Positions 63,660 through 64,000 of a stretch of DNA of 64,000 bases are shown piece after piece (positions within the stretch are counted from its first letter, which is position 1; every line of letters starts with the position of its first letter). The stretch comes from a virus, in the IMG/VR virus record IMGVR_UViG_3300024346_006511, positions 32,001 through 96,000 of that record; one strand, written 5' to 3'. Below the pieces are notes generated by a model. It searched no databases, was not told the origin of the DNA, and saw nothing but the letters and a program-made list of their open reading frames with translations. A program made the translations under genes and the position numbers.

Positions 63660-64000
63660 TTATTCACCTAATGTTGCACCTGTTGGTAAGATTACGAAAT
63701 CAAGTGTAATGAATTCCGCTGTTTTTGCAGGCTGAATAAATATCTGCCCTACCAATTGGTTTCTGTCAATTACGTCTGCGGTGTTATTCGTGTCGTCCAT
63801 TACTACTCTGTAAGCATAAAGACCTTGTCTCTGTACCACTGATTCTAAGTAAGGATTAACGTTAGACAAGAATGTATTTCTTGTTGCAATTGTATTTTGT
63901 TCGAATACTAATGATTTAGCTTGATCTCCTAAGAATTTCTTAAGGTCAATTAATAGTCTTCTAACATTTACTCTATCTAGTGCTGATTTTTTCTTCTGTA
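63660..64000 (-). CDS. tail sheath protein, C-terminal part (extends beyond the window)
   Basis: SALDRVNVRRLLI, VFEQN, NNT..VIDRNQL.GQI.IQP.KTAEFI.LDF. Confidence 0.92.
   Translation of the reverse strand, partial: QKKKSALDRVNVRRLLIDLKKFLGDQAKSLVFEQNTIATRNTFLSNVNPYLESVVQRQGLYAYRVVMDDTNNTADVIDRNQLVGQIFIQPAKTAEFITLDFVILPTGATLGE

Noticed and set aside
1-64000. Stop-codon reassignment, or introns/inteins in polA, nrdA or the helicase
   Set aside because: Conserved genes are full length and uninterrupted in the standard code, and TAA, TAG and TGA all end genes.

Overview
AT-rich, gene-dense segment of a large myovirus genome, almost certainly infecting Bacteroidota (Flavobacteria). Host evidence: Bacteroidota-type promoters, signal peptides cleaved before Gln, an Hc1-like protein and no obvious Shine-Dalgarno sites. 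All credible genes are on the minus strand. In transcription order (right to left) the window holds: (1) a tail module (sheath, tube, chaperone with a probable programmed frameshift, tape measure, baseplate); (2) replication and recombination genes (second PolA-like protein, gp32-like SSB, RecA/UvsX, 5'-3' exonuclease, DnaB, NrdBA, thioredoxin); (3) a complete 7-deazaguanine DNA-modification pathway (folE, queD, queE, queC, queF, DpdA-like transglycosylase, PurN-like formyltransferase, PRTase, kinase, MazG); (4) tRNA-Ala, the main PolA, and Hsp20/GroES/GroEL; (5) NadE, APRT and an MTA nucleosidase; (6) glycan-tailoring enzymes; (7) a secreted/outer-membrane cassette (CsgG-like, cohesin/dockerin-like, T9SS-CTD-like lipoprotein, beta-barrel); (8) a lysis region and glycosyltransferases. 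The most notable unannotated signal is two near-canonical preQ1 class I riboswitch aptamers directly behind promoters, in front of the folE and queD/queE operons, plus a variant before queC. This suggests ligand-feedback control of a phage DNA-hypermodification pathway. Other highlights are the envelope cassette, a stand-alone ~140-nt ncRNA with its own promoter and terminator, and a +1/-2 tail-chaperone frameshift. All protein calls come from motif recognition by eye; no database searches were run.
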